Origin: an uncultured Candidatus Binatia bacterium
GTDB lineage: Bacteria; Desulfobacterota; Binatia; UBA9968; JAJDTQ01
DNA length: 64,000 nt
Assembly: GCA_965215605.1 (NCBI GenBank)
Contig: OZ244070.1
Coordinates: 2,688,001-2,752,000, forward strand
Reading direction: 5' to 3'
The position numbers and the translations under genes were made by a program. Numbering within the stretch: the first letter of the stretch is position 1; each line of letters opens with the position of its first letter. The notes beneath the pieces are model-generated. The model saw only the letters and a program-made list of their open reading frames with translations, was not told the DNA's origin and ran no database searches. Shown in pieces: positions 1 through 9,663 of this stretch.

Positions 1-797
1 TCTATCCCAGCAACGCGCTGTTCCACGGCCAGATCCGGAACAAGGGCTGGGCGGTGGCGGTGGCCCAAGCCTACAATGACTGGCTGTACGACTGTTTCGG
101 GCGCCAGTCGGACCGGCTCAAGGGGGTGGCGCTGCTGCCGGTGCAGGACATCGACGCCGCGGTCGCGGAATTGCGCCGGTGCGTGGAGGAACTGGGCATG
201 GTGGCGGGCGTGATCCCGTCGGTGATGGCGCCGCTGGTGGGCCTGGGCGGCAGCCGGTTCGACCCGATCTACGCGGAAGCCGAGCGGCTCGACTGCGCTC
301 TGGCGGTGCACGGCGGCCCGGTGGCGGGCCTCGGCCTGGACATCTTCGAGAGCCTGGCCGAGGCGCGGCCCCTGGAGCACGCCATGCCGCAGATGGTGCA
401 GATGATGAGCATGATCAACGCCGGCGTGTACGACCGCTTCCCCAACCTGCGCGTGGCCTATCTGGAGTGCGGCACGGGCTGGGTGCCGTTCATGATGGAC
501 GCGCTGGACGAGAATTGGGAGCGTCGCGGCCACGCGCTGGCGGTGAAGCAGCGCCCCAGCGACATCATCCGCGGCGGCAACATCTTCTTCACGTGCGAGG
601 TGGACGAACGGAGCCTGCCGTACGTGCTGGAACAGCTCGGCGGGGACCAGGTGCTGTGGGCCTCGGACTATCCCCACGAGCGGGCGCGCGCCGACTTCTT
701 CCACGATCTGCCGGACTTCTTCGCCCGCGAGGACGTGAGCGCCGATGTGCGCAAGAAGATCCTGTGCGACAACCCGAAGCGCTACTATGGACTGTAA
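1..797 (+). CDS. Amidohydrolase family protein (Amidohydro_2), 5'-truncated by window edge
   Basis: Frame open from window start (YPSNALF...AQAYNDWL); LAVHGG, YLECG and WASDYPH motifs. Confidence 0.85.
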   Translation, partial: YPSNALFHGQIRNKGWAVAVAQAYNDWLYDCFGRQSDRLKGVALLPVQDIDAAVAELRRCVEELGMVAGVIPSVMAPLVGLGGSRFDPIYAEAERLDCALAVHGGPVAGLGLDIFESLAEARPLEHAMPQMVQMMSMINAGVYDRFPNLRVAYLECGTGWVPFMMDALDENWERRGHALAVKQRPSDIIRGGNIFFTCEVDERSLPYVLEQLGGDQVLWASDYPHERARADFFHDLPDFFAREDVSADVRKKILCDNPKRYYGL

Positions 798-863
798 GGC
801 ATTGGCGACGGATGCCCGCGGCCCGGGATACGGCCCCGCGGCACCCGTCGTCCATCGGACCCC

Positions 864-2252
864 ATGACGAAACCCTCGGAAACCGTTGATCTCGAAAGCG
901 CGGCCGCCATGAGCCGCGCCGACCGGGACCATCTCGTCCACGGCTTCGTGCCGCTGTCGAAGCACCAGAAGGACGGGCTGCCGGTCTTCGTCCGGGCGGA
1001 AGGGGTCTATTTCTGGGACTCCCTGGGCAAACGCTACATCGACGGCCTCTCGACCCTCTGGAACGTCCACGTGGGGCACGGCCGGAAGGAGATCGCCCGG
1101 GCGGTGGCGGACCAGATGGACCGCCTGGCCTACGCGCCCACGCTCATCGGACCCACCTCGGAGCCCACCGTGCGGTTGGCGTCGAGGCTCGCCGGGATGG
1201 CGCCGGAAGGTTTGACCCGCGTGGTGTTCACCTCCGGGGGCTCGGAGACCAACGAGAGCATGATCCGGCTGGTGCGGGCCTACTGGAAGGCCAAGGGGCA
1301 GCCCCAACGGACGCGGTTCGTCACCCTGAACCAGGGCTATCACGGCTCCTCCAGCGGCGCCGCCATGCTGACCGGCATCCCGCTGTTCAACGAGCAGATG
1401 GCGCCGGGTCTCCCGAACGTGCACCACATGGCGCGGCCCCACTGTTACCGCTGCGAGCTGGGAAAGACCTGGCCGGGTTGTCAACTGGCCTGCGCCGATG
1501 AGTTGGAGAGGCTGGTGGAGCGGGAGGGTCCGGACGCCGTCGCGGCCTTCGTGGCCGAGCCCGTGCAGGGCGTGGGCGGCGTCATCGTGCCGCCCGAAGG
1601 GTGGCTCGCGAGGATTCGGGAGATCTGCGACCGGCATGGTATTCTGATGGTCTGCGACGAGGTGATCACCGGTTTCGGCCGCACCGGCAGCCTGTTCGCG
1701 TGCGCCGGCGAGGGCGTCACGCCGGACGTGCTGGTGACCGCCAAGGGCATCACCAGCGGCTATCTGCCGCTGGGCGCCATGCTGTTCCGGGAAGAGATCT
1801 TCCAGACGCTGCTGGCCAAGGCCGACGACGCGTTCTACCACGGCTACACCTACACCGGACATCCGGTGGTATGCGCCGCGGCGCTGGCCAACCTCGACAT
1901 CATCGAGCGGGAGCGCCTGGTGGAGCGGGCGGCGGAGTCGGGCGCGTACATGCAGGAGCGGCTGGCGGCGCTGTCGGAGCTGCCCATGGTGGGGCAGGTG
2001 CGCGGCCGGGGGCTCATCGCCGCGGTGGAGCTGGTGAAGGACAAGGAGACCCGGGAGTCCTTTGCAATGGAACGGCAGGTGCCCCGGCAGGTCTACGACG
2101 AGTGCCTCGCCAACGGCCTGTTGCTGCGGGTATGCGGAACCCACGCGCTGGCGGTATGTCCGCCGCTGGTGGTCACGAAAGAGCAGATCGACGACATCGT
2201 CGGAATCTTGCGGAACGCCGTCACCACGGTCGCAAAGGCCGTGCTGTCGTAA
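864..2252 (+). CDS. Class III PLP aminotransferase (omega-amino acid/polyamine type)
   Basis: YHGSS, AEPVQGVGG, DEVITGFGRTG, AKGITSGYLPLG, HGYTYTGHP motifs. Confidence 0.9.
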   Translation: MTKPSETVDLESAAAMSRADRDHLVHGFVPLSKHQKDGLPVFVRAEGVYFWDSLGKRYIDGLSTLWNVHVGHGRKEIARAVADQMDRLAYAPTLIGPTSEPTVRLASRLAGMAPEGLTRVVFTSGGSETNESMIRLVRAYWKAKGQPQRTRFVTLNQGYHGSSSGAAMLTGIPLFNEQMAPGLPNVHHMARPHCYRCELGKTWPGCQLACADELERLVEREGPDAVAAFVAEPVQGVGGVIVPPEGWLARIREICDRHGILMVCDEVITGFGRTGSLFACAGEGVTPDVLVTAKGITSGYLPLGAMLFREEIFQTLLAKADDAFYHGYTYTGHPVVCAAALANLDIIERERLVERAAESGAYMQERLAALSELPMVGQVRGRGLIAAVELVKDKETRESFAMERQVPRQVYDECLANGLLLRVCGTHALAVCPPLVVTKEQIDDIVGILRNAVTTVAKAVLS

Positions 2253-2310
2253 CCACGACAGCCGCATCCCGCCCGGTGTGCCGTCTCAAGAACTTGGCGA
2301 AGATGCACGC

Positions 2311-2333
2311 GTAGGGGCGACCGGCGGTCGCCC
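2311..2333. repeat. GTAG-type REP-like palindrome
   Basis: GTAGGGGCGACCGGCGGTCGCCC: GTAG foot plus GGGCGACC/GGTCGCCC stem. Confidence 0.5.
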
Positions 2334-2401
2334 GGGCCCGGGCGCCATGCCAGGAAACCGGCGAGGTTTGAGCCCGAAAAGATTTTAGGAGGTATCCGCC
2401 G

Positions 2402-2566
2402 ATGGTTGAATGTCCGGTATGCGGAGCGGAATTGGAACTTGAGGATGACGCGGTGGAAGGCGAGCTGATCGCCTGCGCCGATTGCGGCACCGAGTTGGAG
2501 GTCACGAGCCTGGATCCTCCGGCGGTGGAAGAGGCGCCCTCGGAAGAGGAAGACTGGGGGGAATGA
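2402..2566 (+). CDS. lysW: Amino-group carrier protein LysW/ArgW (54 aa; absent from ORF track)
   Basis: AGGAGG RBS; MVECPVCG...CADCG zinc ribbon; acidic; ends in EDWGE; stop overlaps lysX ATG. Confidence 0.97.
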   Translation: MVECPVCGAELELEDDAVEGELIACADCGTELEVTSLDPPAVEEAPSEEEDWGE

Positions 2567-3435
2567 GCTTGAAGATCGGTCTGCTGCACTCATTGGTCCG
2601 GCCCGAGGAGAAGCTCCTCATCAAGGAGTTCCGGAAGCATCCCGACGTGGAGCTTCAGATGATCGACGACCGGAAGCTCTCGTTCAACCTGGGCAGGGAC
2701 GAGTTCGACCTGGACGTGCTGCTGGAGCGCTGCATCAACCACTCACGGGCGCTGCACGGCCTGCGGCTGTTCGAGAGCGCCGGCGTGCGCTGCGTGAACG
2801 CGTCGTCGGTGGCGACGGTGTGCGGCGACAAGATCCTCACTTCGGTGCACCTGCAGGAGCACGGCGTGCCGCAGCCCGAGGTGCGCATCGCCTTCACCGA
2901 GGAGTCCACCCTGGGGGCCATCGAGGAGATGGGTTACCCGGTGGTGCTGAAGCCCGCGGTGGGCTCCTGGGGCCGGCTGCTGGCCAAGGTCAACGATCGG
3001 GACGCCGCGGAGACCATCCTCGAGCACAAGGCGATCCTGGGGAGCTACCACCACTCCATCTTCTACGTGCAGCAGTATGTCGAGAAGACCGGGCGCGACA
3101 TCCGGAGCTTCGTCATCGGCGACGAGTGCGTGGCCGCCATCTACCGCTACAGCGACCACTGGATCACCAACACGGCCCGTGGCGGGCGCGCGGAGAACTG
3201 CCCGGTGACGGACGAGCTGCGGGATCGTTCGGTCCGCGCGGCCCGCGCGGTGGGGGGCGGCATCGTCGCCGTGGACGTCTTCGAGACCCCGGACGGACTC
3301 CTCGTCAACGAAGTGAACTACACCATGGAGTTCCGGAACAGCATCGACACCACCGGGGTGAACATTCCCGGGCTTGTGGTCGAGCACGTGCTCAAGGCCG
3401 GCCGCGAGGAACAGGAGCGCAGGGGCGCGGCCTGA
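2563..3435 (+). CDS. lysX: LysW ligase LysX (RimK-like ATP-grasp)
   Basis: [29 protein letters not shown]; ATGA overlap with lysW. Confidence 0.93.
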   Translation: MSLKIGLLHSLVRPEEKLLIKEFRKHPDVELQMIDDRKLSFNLGRDEFDLDVLLERCINHSRALHGLRLFESAGVRCVNASSVATVCGDKILTSVHLQEHGVPQPEVRIAFTEESTLGAIEEMGYPVVLKPAVGSWGRLLAKVNDRDAAETILEHKAILGSYHHSIFYVQQYVEKTGRDIRSFVIGDECVAAIYRYSDHWITNTARGGRAENCPVTDELRDRSVRAARAVGGGIVAVDVFETPDGLLVNEVNYTMEFRNSIDTTGVNIPGLVVEHVLKAGREEQERRGAA

Positions 3436-3489
3436 TGCGGCGGGCAGGGATCGCATGAGCGGCGCGGAGCGGAAAGCAATGGGGCGGCC

Positions 3490-4536
3490 GTGGCCGAGAG
3501 GCTGAAGGTCTCCATCGTCGGGGCGTCCGGCTACACCGGCGGCGAGCTCTTGCGCCTGCTCCTCGGGCACTCGGGGGTGGATGTCTGCGAGGTCACCTCG
3601 GAGCGCTTCGCCGGCAAGTTCGTGTTCAAGGCTCATCCCAACCTGCGCAAGCGGACGCAGCTCCGCTTCTGCAGGATGGAGGAGCTCAAGCCGTGCGACC
3701 TGCTGTTCCTGTGCCTGCCCCACGGCCAGGCCCAGGAGCGCATCGATTCGTTTCGCGAACTGGCCCCGAAGCTCATCGACCTAAGCGCGGACTTCCGGCT
3801 GAACGACGCGAACGCGTACCAACGCTGGTACGGCAAGCCGCACCAGCGCCCGGAGCTCTTGAAGGAGTTCGTCTACGGGGTTCCCGAGCTGCACCGCGAG
3901 GAGATTCGGGGGGCGAGCTTCATCACCGGCGCCGGCTGCAACGCCACCGCCACGATCCTTGGCGTCTATCCGTTCTTCAGGAAGGGGCTGGTGGACACCG
4001 AGCGCACCGTGGTGGAGGTCAAGGTGGGGTCCAGCGAGGGCGGCAACGCCGCCAGCGACGCCTCCCACCATCCCGAGCGGAGCGGCGCGGTGCGTTCGTT
4101 CATGCCCACCCTGCACCGGCACAGCGCGGAGATCTACCAGGAACTGGCGTTCGGCGAGCCGGTCCGGGTGTACTTCTCCGCCACCTCCATCGAAATGGTG
4201 CGCGGCGTCCTGGCCACCTGCCACCTTTTCCTGAAAGAACCGCTGGAAGAGAAGGACGTGTGGAAGATCTACCGCGAGGCCTACGGCAAGGAGCCCTTCA
4301 TCCGCATCGTCAAGGAGGCCGACGGCATCTACCGCTATCCGGAGCCCAAGCTGCTGAGCGGCACCAACTACTGCGACATCGGCTTCCAGAAGGAGAAGGG
4401 CTCGGACCGCTTGGTAGTGCTGAGCGCCCTCGACAACCTCATGAAAGGCGCTGCCGGCCAGGCGGTGCAGGCCTTCAACCTCATGAACGGCTTCGAGGAG
4501 ACCGAGGGCCTCGAGTTTCCGGGGCTCCACCCGTAG
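3490..4536 (+). CDS. lysY: [LysW]-aminoadipyl/glutamyl-phosphate reductase
   Basis: GASGYTGGE, DLSADFR, GCNAT, SHHPERS, DNLMKGAAGQAVQ, C-terminal GLHP. Confidence 0.92.
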   Translation: MAERLKVSIVGASGYTGGELLRLLLGHSGVDVCEVTSERFAGKFVFKAHPNLRKRTQLRFCRMEELKPCDLLFLCLPHGQAQERIDSFRELAPKLIDLSADFRLNDANAYQRWYGKPHQRPELLKEFVYGVPELHREEIRGASFITGAGCNATATILGVYPFFRKGLVDTERTVVEVKVGSSEGGNAASDASHHPERSGAVRSFMPTLHRHSAEIYQELAFGEPVRVYFSATSIEMVRGVLATCHLFLKEPLEEKDVWKIYREAYGKEPFIRIVKEADGIYRYPEPKLLSGTNYCDIGFQKEKGSDRLVVLSALDNLMKGAAGQAVQAFNLMNGFEETEGLEFPGLHP

Positions 4537-4548
4537 CCCCCGAGTGCC

Positions 4549-5187
4549 ATGTGCCGCCTCCTGTGCGTCAAGAATCGGGAACCGTTCGACATCGGCGAGC
4601 GGCTGTCGCATCTCGCCGATATCGCCCGGAACAGCCCGGAGTACCAGGGCCACGGCTGGGGCTGCGCCTACCTGGTGGACGGTGGGTGGCGGGTATATCG
4701 CAACATCAAGCCCGTCTGGGAGGACGACCTGGACCAGTTCGGCGCGACGACGCTGCTGGTGGGCCATGCCCGCAGCGCGTTCCGGGACGAGAACATCGTG
4801 GTGGAGAACAACATGCCGTTCTCCGACGACCGCTACGTGTTCGCGTTCAACGGCGAGCTGCGGGGCGTGCGCATCGCCGCGGAGGGCCGCATCGGGGCGG
4901 AGAAGGTGTTCAACTACATCAAGCGGTTCGACAAGGGGGACATGGCCGCGGCCATGCGAAAGGGGATGGACGTCATCGTCCGGAGGACGCGTTACGTCCG
5001 GGCCATGAACATGATCATCGCCGACAGGGAGAATGTCTACGTGGGGTCGTTCCACAACGAGGAGCCGGAGTACTTCAGGCTGCGCGCCCGTGAAGGCGAG
5101 GGCGGCTTCACGGTCAGCTCCGAGACCGTGGCCGAGGATCCGGCGTGGCGCACGATCCCCAACGACACGGTGGAGCACCTCCGATGA
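4549..5187 (+). CDS. Class II glutamine amidotransferase-like Ntn hydrolase (EgtC/YafJ-like)
   Basis: N-terminal MCR nucleophile, GWG, HARSA, NxxPF, FNG motifs; stop overlaps lysZ start. Confidence 0.8.
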   Translation: MCRLLCVKNREPFDIGERLSHLADIARNSPEYQGHGWGCAYLVDGGWRVYRNIKPVWEDDLDQFGATTLLVGHARSAFRDENIVVENNMPFSDDRYVFAFNGELRGVRIAAEGRIGAEKVFNYIKRFDKGDMAAAMRKGMDVIVRRTRYVRAMNMIIADRENVYVGSFHNEEPEYFRLRAREGEGGFTVSSETVAEDPAWRTIPNDTVEHLR

Positions 5188-5971
5188 TCCTGGTGAAGAT
5201 CGGCGGCGGCAGCGGCATCAACCTCCCCGGCATCGCCGGGGACCTGGCCGAGGTGTCGGCCCCGTTCATCGTGGTGCACGGCGCCAATGCGGTGCGGGAC
5301 GCCATCGCGGCGAAGCTCGGCAATCCCACGCAGGTGGTGACGTCGGTGTCGGGATACACCAGCGTGCTCTCCGACAAGGCGGCGCTGGACGCCATCCTGA
5401 TGGGCTACGCGGGGGTGCAGAACAAGCGCATCGTCGAGCTGCTGCAGCAGAACGGAGTCAACGCCGTGGGCCTTTCCGGCATCGACGGCCGCGCCATCCA
5501 GGGTCAGCGCAACAAGGGCATCCGGGTGCGGAAGAACGGCAAGACCCTGATTGTGAGGGACTTCTCGGGCAAGCCCCGGAGCGCCAACAAGGAATTGTTC
5601 CAGCTCCTGCTCGACGGCGGCTACGCGCCGGTGCTTTCCATCCCCATCATCGACGAGCGTCACACCGCCATCAACTCGGAGAACGACGACATCATCAACG
5701 TGCTCCAGGCCGCCTTCCACGCCGAGGTGGTGCTGCAGCTCATCGAGGCCCCCGGCTTTCTCGCCGACAAGGACGACGACAGCACGGTGGTGCCCGAGAT
5801 CCGCGCCGGCGAGCTGGAGCAGCGGGAGGCCCAGGTGGAGGGGCGCATGAAGCGCAAGATGCTGGCGCTTCGGAAGCTGTTCGAGGAAGGCGCGGAAAAG
5901 GTCATCATGAGCGACGGCCGTGTCGAGCATCCGGTCCGTGACGCCCTGGCGGGGAAAGGAACGGTGATTCA

Positions 5972-5975
<4 letters not shown>
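5184..5975 (+). CDS. lysZ: [LysW]-aminoadipate/glutamate kinase
   Basis: MILVKIGGG, VVHGA, GLSGIDG, GRMKRKM amino-acid kinase motifs. Confidence 0.92.
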
Positions 5976-7126
<1,151 letters not shown>

Positions 7127-7202
7127 GGTTCGCAGTACCGTGCCGCTCTGACATTCCGCGAGGTGCCCGAAACGCCATTTCTGCGGAATACCCGCTCCGG
7201 CC

Positions 7203-7224
7203 TTCCCGCGAAAGCGGGAATGAC
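7203..7224. repeat. Short palindrome (TTCCCGCGAAAGCGGGAATGAC), REP-like or terminator hairpin
   Basis: Perfect TTCCCGC/GCGGGAA stem with GAAA loop between convergent lysJ and senB. Confidence 0.55.
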
Positions 7225-7243
7225 GGAGGGGTTTGGGGCGTGA

Positions 7244-8212
7244 TCAACGCGTCACTTCACGGACCAACCCCTGCCAAGTCAGGATCTCCCGGTCCGGGTT
7301 CACCAGCGGGGCGACCTCGGCGCAGTGCCGTGCCAGGCTCTCATAGAACGCCGGGTCGTTCTCGGCCCGCAGCAGGAGCCGCTTGAGCCCGGCGGTGTCG
7401 CCCAGCTCGTAGTAGCCGGGATAGTCGTCGCCGAGGGTGCCCATCAGTCCGGAGATCCTGGACGCGGCCACGGGCACGCCGGAGGCCAGCGCTTCGCACA
7501 GCACGTTGGAGCTGCCTTCCATCTGCGAGGTGATGGACACGATGTGGCTGCGGGCCATGAACCGGCGGGTCTTCCAGTGCGGCCACTCGCCCAGCCACCG
7601 GTAGCGTGGGTTGCGCTCGGCCTCCCGCGCGGCGCGGCGCAGGAAGCTGTCGCCGAAGGCCGCGCCGATGTGCACCACCTGAATCCGGGATGTGCGTGGG
7701 AGGGAGCGCACCGCCATGGCCGTGCGGAACGGGTCCTTCTCGGGGCGCATGTGGCCCACCGCGGCGACCGTGAACTGCCTGCGGCGGTCGCCGGGGCGGC
7801 CGGGGCGGGCCGGCGCGGACTGGTAGATGACCCGGGTCTTCTCGTGCAGCGCCGGATCGAGTTCATCCAGACCCTTGCGCTGCAGCACCACCAGGCGGGC
7901 GGCCAGCCGCAGGGACTCCCGCGAGTCCTCGTCCTCATGGATGTCGCGGTAGAGGTCGGTTCCGGTCAGCACCACCACGATCGGCTTGTCGGGGTGCCGC
8001 TCATGGAACTGCCGGATGGACGGATGACTGCGGCGCGCGTGGAGGGCGATAAGCAGGTCGCAGCGCTCGCGTTCATAGCGGTCCAGGGCCGTTACCCGAT
8101 GTCCCGAGGCGCGCAGGATTCGAGCCCACCGGTTGCCTGAGATGCGGTTGCCCGTGCGGCGGGTGGGTCCGGCGGGGGTCACCAGGGCGATTCTGGCCGT
8201 TGTGGTGTCCAT
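7244..8212 (-). CDS. senB: Selenosugar synthase SenB-like GT-B glycosyltransferase
   Basis: VTPA...GNR..RWA, LIALHARRS, LTGTDLY, GHMRPEKDP, S-x-MEG; directly downstream of senA-like gene. Confidence 0.85.
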   Translation of the reverse strand: MDTTTARIALVTPAGPTRRTGNRISGNRWARILRASGHRVTALDRYERERCDLLIALHARRSHPSIRQFHERHPDKPIVVVLTGTDLYRDIHEDEDSRESLRLAARLVVLQRKGLDELDPALHEKTRVIYQSAPARPGRPGDRRRQFTVAAVGHMRPEKDPFRTAMAVRSLPRTSRIQVVHIGAAFGDSFLRRAAREAERNPRYRWLGEWPHWKTRRFMARSHIVSITSQMEGSSNVLCEALASGVPVAASRISGLMGTLGDDYPGYYELGDTAGLKRLLLRAENDPAFYESLARHCAEVAPLVNPDREILTWQGLVREVTR

Positions 8213-8239
8213 TTTTGGATATTCCGTGGGTCCAGCATG

Positions 8240-8339
8240 GCGTCCTTCGACTCCGCTACGTTTGCGCTCCGCTACGCTCAGGACGAACGGACAGTAACGC
8301 CAACCCGTTCGTCCTGAGCGTAGCGAAGTCGAAGGACGC
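8240..8339. repeat. Long imperfect inverted repeat (REP/MITE-like)
   Basis: GCGTCCTTCGACT...CGCTACGCTCAGGACGAACGG pairs with CCGTTCGTCCTGAGCGTAGCGAAGTCGAAGGACGC. Confidence 0.8.
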
Positions 8340-8354
8340 GGTTCACCTTCCGCG

Positions 8355-9659
8355 CTACTTCGTTGCGCACGTCCGGAAACCCGCCAGCACGTCCCGCCGA
8401 TCCGGCGTGTAGAAATTCCGCCAGGTGTTGCGGATCAGGTGGGAGCGGGTGGCCCAGCAGCCGCCGCGCAGCACTTTGCGGTCGCCGAACCAGGGCTCCG
8501 AGTATTCCTTGTAAGGGTCCCGGACGAAGCCGGGGTAGGGGTGGAAGGCGTCGGCCGTCCACTCCCAGACGTTGCCGATCATCTGCCGGCAGCCGGCGGC
8601 GCTGTCGCCCGCCGAGAGCGCATCCACCGGCAACCGGCCGCCGCCGGCCCAGTCGAGGTTGCCGTGGGACGGGTCGGGCGGCGCTTCGCCCCAGGGGTAG
8701 CCGCGCTTGGCGGCAGCCGGATCTGTGCCGCGGGCGGGGTCCACCGCCGCGGCCATCTCCCACTCCGCCTCCGTGGCCAGCCGGCGGCCGGCCCAGCGGC
8801 AATACGCCTCGGCCTCGTACCAGTTGACGTGGATCACCGGCAACTCCGCCTGAAGCGGCCCCCACCGGTCGAAGATCCGCTCCAGCCAACGTCCCGGCGC
8901 TTCCCGCTGCCAGTAAACGGGGTGCGTGCCGCCCTCGGCCTGCCGCCAGCTCCAGCCCTCGTCGCCCCACCAACGCGGGTCCTCGTAGCCGTTGTCGTCC
9001 ACGAACGCGGCGAACTCCTGGTTGGTCACCGGGGCGCGGGCGATGCGGAAGGGGGCCACGGTCACCGGGTGGCCCCACTTCTCGTTGTCGAAGACGAAGG
9101 GAAGATCGGGCGTGCTGCCGAGAATGAACTCGCCGCCAGGCATCTCCACGTCGCCGGGGCAGGGGCTGCCCGCCGGCGTCGCGCGTCCGGCGGCGAACGG
9201 CGGCGGGGGATAGCCCAGGGTCTGGCGCGTGTAGGTCATGGCCTCCGCGTGCATGTCCTCGTGGAAGATGACCAGCTTGTGGAAGTAGGTCTCCTCCGGG
9301 CTCAGTCGCTTGGCGGGTAGCTCTTCGGTGATCTGCCGGAGGACGCGCTCCTTGTAGGCGAGGGTTTTCGTCAGCCCCGGCAGCGCCAGCACCCAGCGGG
9401 TGTCATGGTGCACGGCCGCGGAGTCGTAGAGCTCGTCGCCGTTGGCGATGATGGGGTCGCGGCCGCGCAGATGCCGCAGCGCCCAGCGCTCATGGAACCA
9501 GGACACGTGACCGAGTTCCCAGAGCGGAGGATTCACGATGTTCAGCATGGGCACCGTGAGCTGTTCGCCGGAGAGGTCCTCCACCAGCCCCAGGGTCCGC
9601 GAGCGCACCTCTTCCAGGGTGTCCAGCATCTCGCCGGTGGTTACGGTCTTTTCTTCCAT
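8355..9659 (-). CDS. senA: Selenoneine synthase SenA-like (EgtB family: DinB + FGE-sulfatase domains)
   Basis: NPPLWELGH, HEDMHAE iron motif, FVFDNEK, GNVWEW, RNFY; start reassigned to MEEKT. Confidence 0.83.
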   Translation of the reverse strand: MEEKTVTTGEMLDTLEEVRSRTLGLVEDLSGEQLTVPMLNIVNPPLWELGHVSWFHERWALRHLRGRDPIIANGDELYDSAAVHHDTRWVLALPGLTKTLAYKERVLRQITEELPAKRLSPEETYFHKLVIFHEDMHAEAMTYTRQTLGYPPPPFAAGRATPAGSPCPGDVEMPGGEFILGSTPDLPFVFDNEKWGHPVTVAPFRIARAPVTNQEFAAFVDDNGYEDPRWWGDEGWSWRQAEGGTHPVYWQREAPGRWLERIFDRWGPLQAELPVIHVNWYEAEAYCRWAGRRLATEAEWEMAAAVDPARGTDPAAAKRGYPWGEAPPDPSHGNLDWAGGGRLPVDALSAGDSAAGCRQMIGNVWEWTADAFHPYPGFVRDPYKEYSEPWFGDRKVLRGGCWATRSHLIRNTWRNFYTPDRRDVLAGFRTCATK

Positions 9660-9663
9660 GATG

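Noticed and set aside
2276-2308. Possible fourth copy of the CTAG-MITE
   Set aside because: Only GTGT and GAAGATGC match, spacing differs and there is no CTAG end.
8355-9659. Canonical egtB
   Set aside because: NPPLWELGH and adjacency to a SenB-type glycosyltransferase favour senA.
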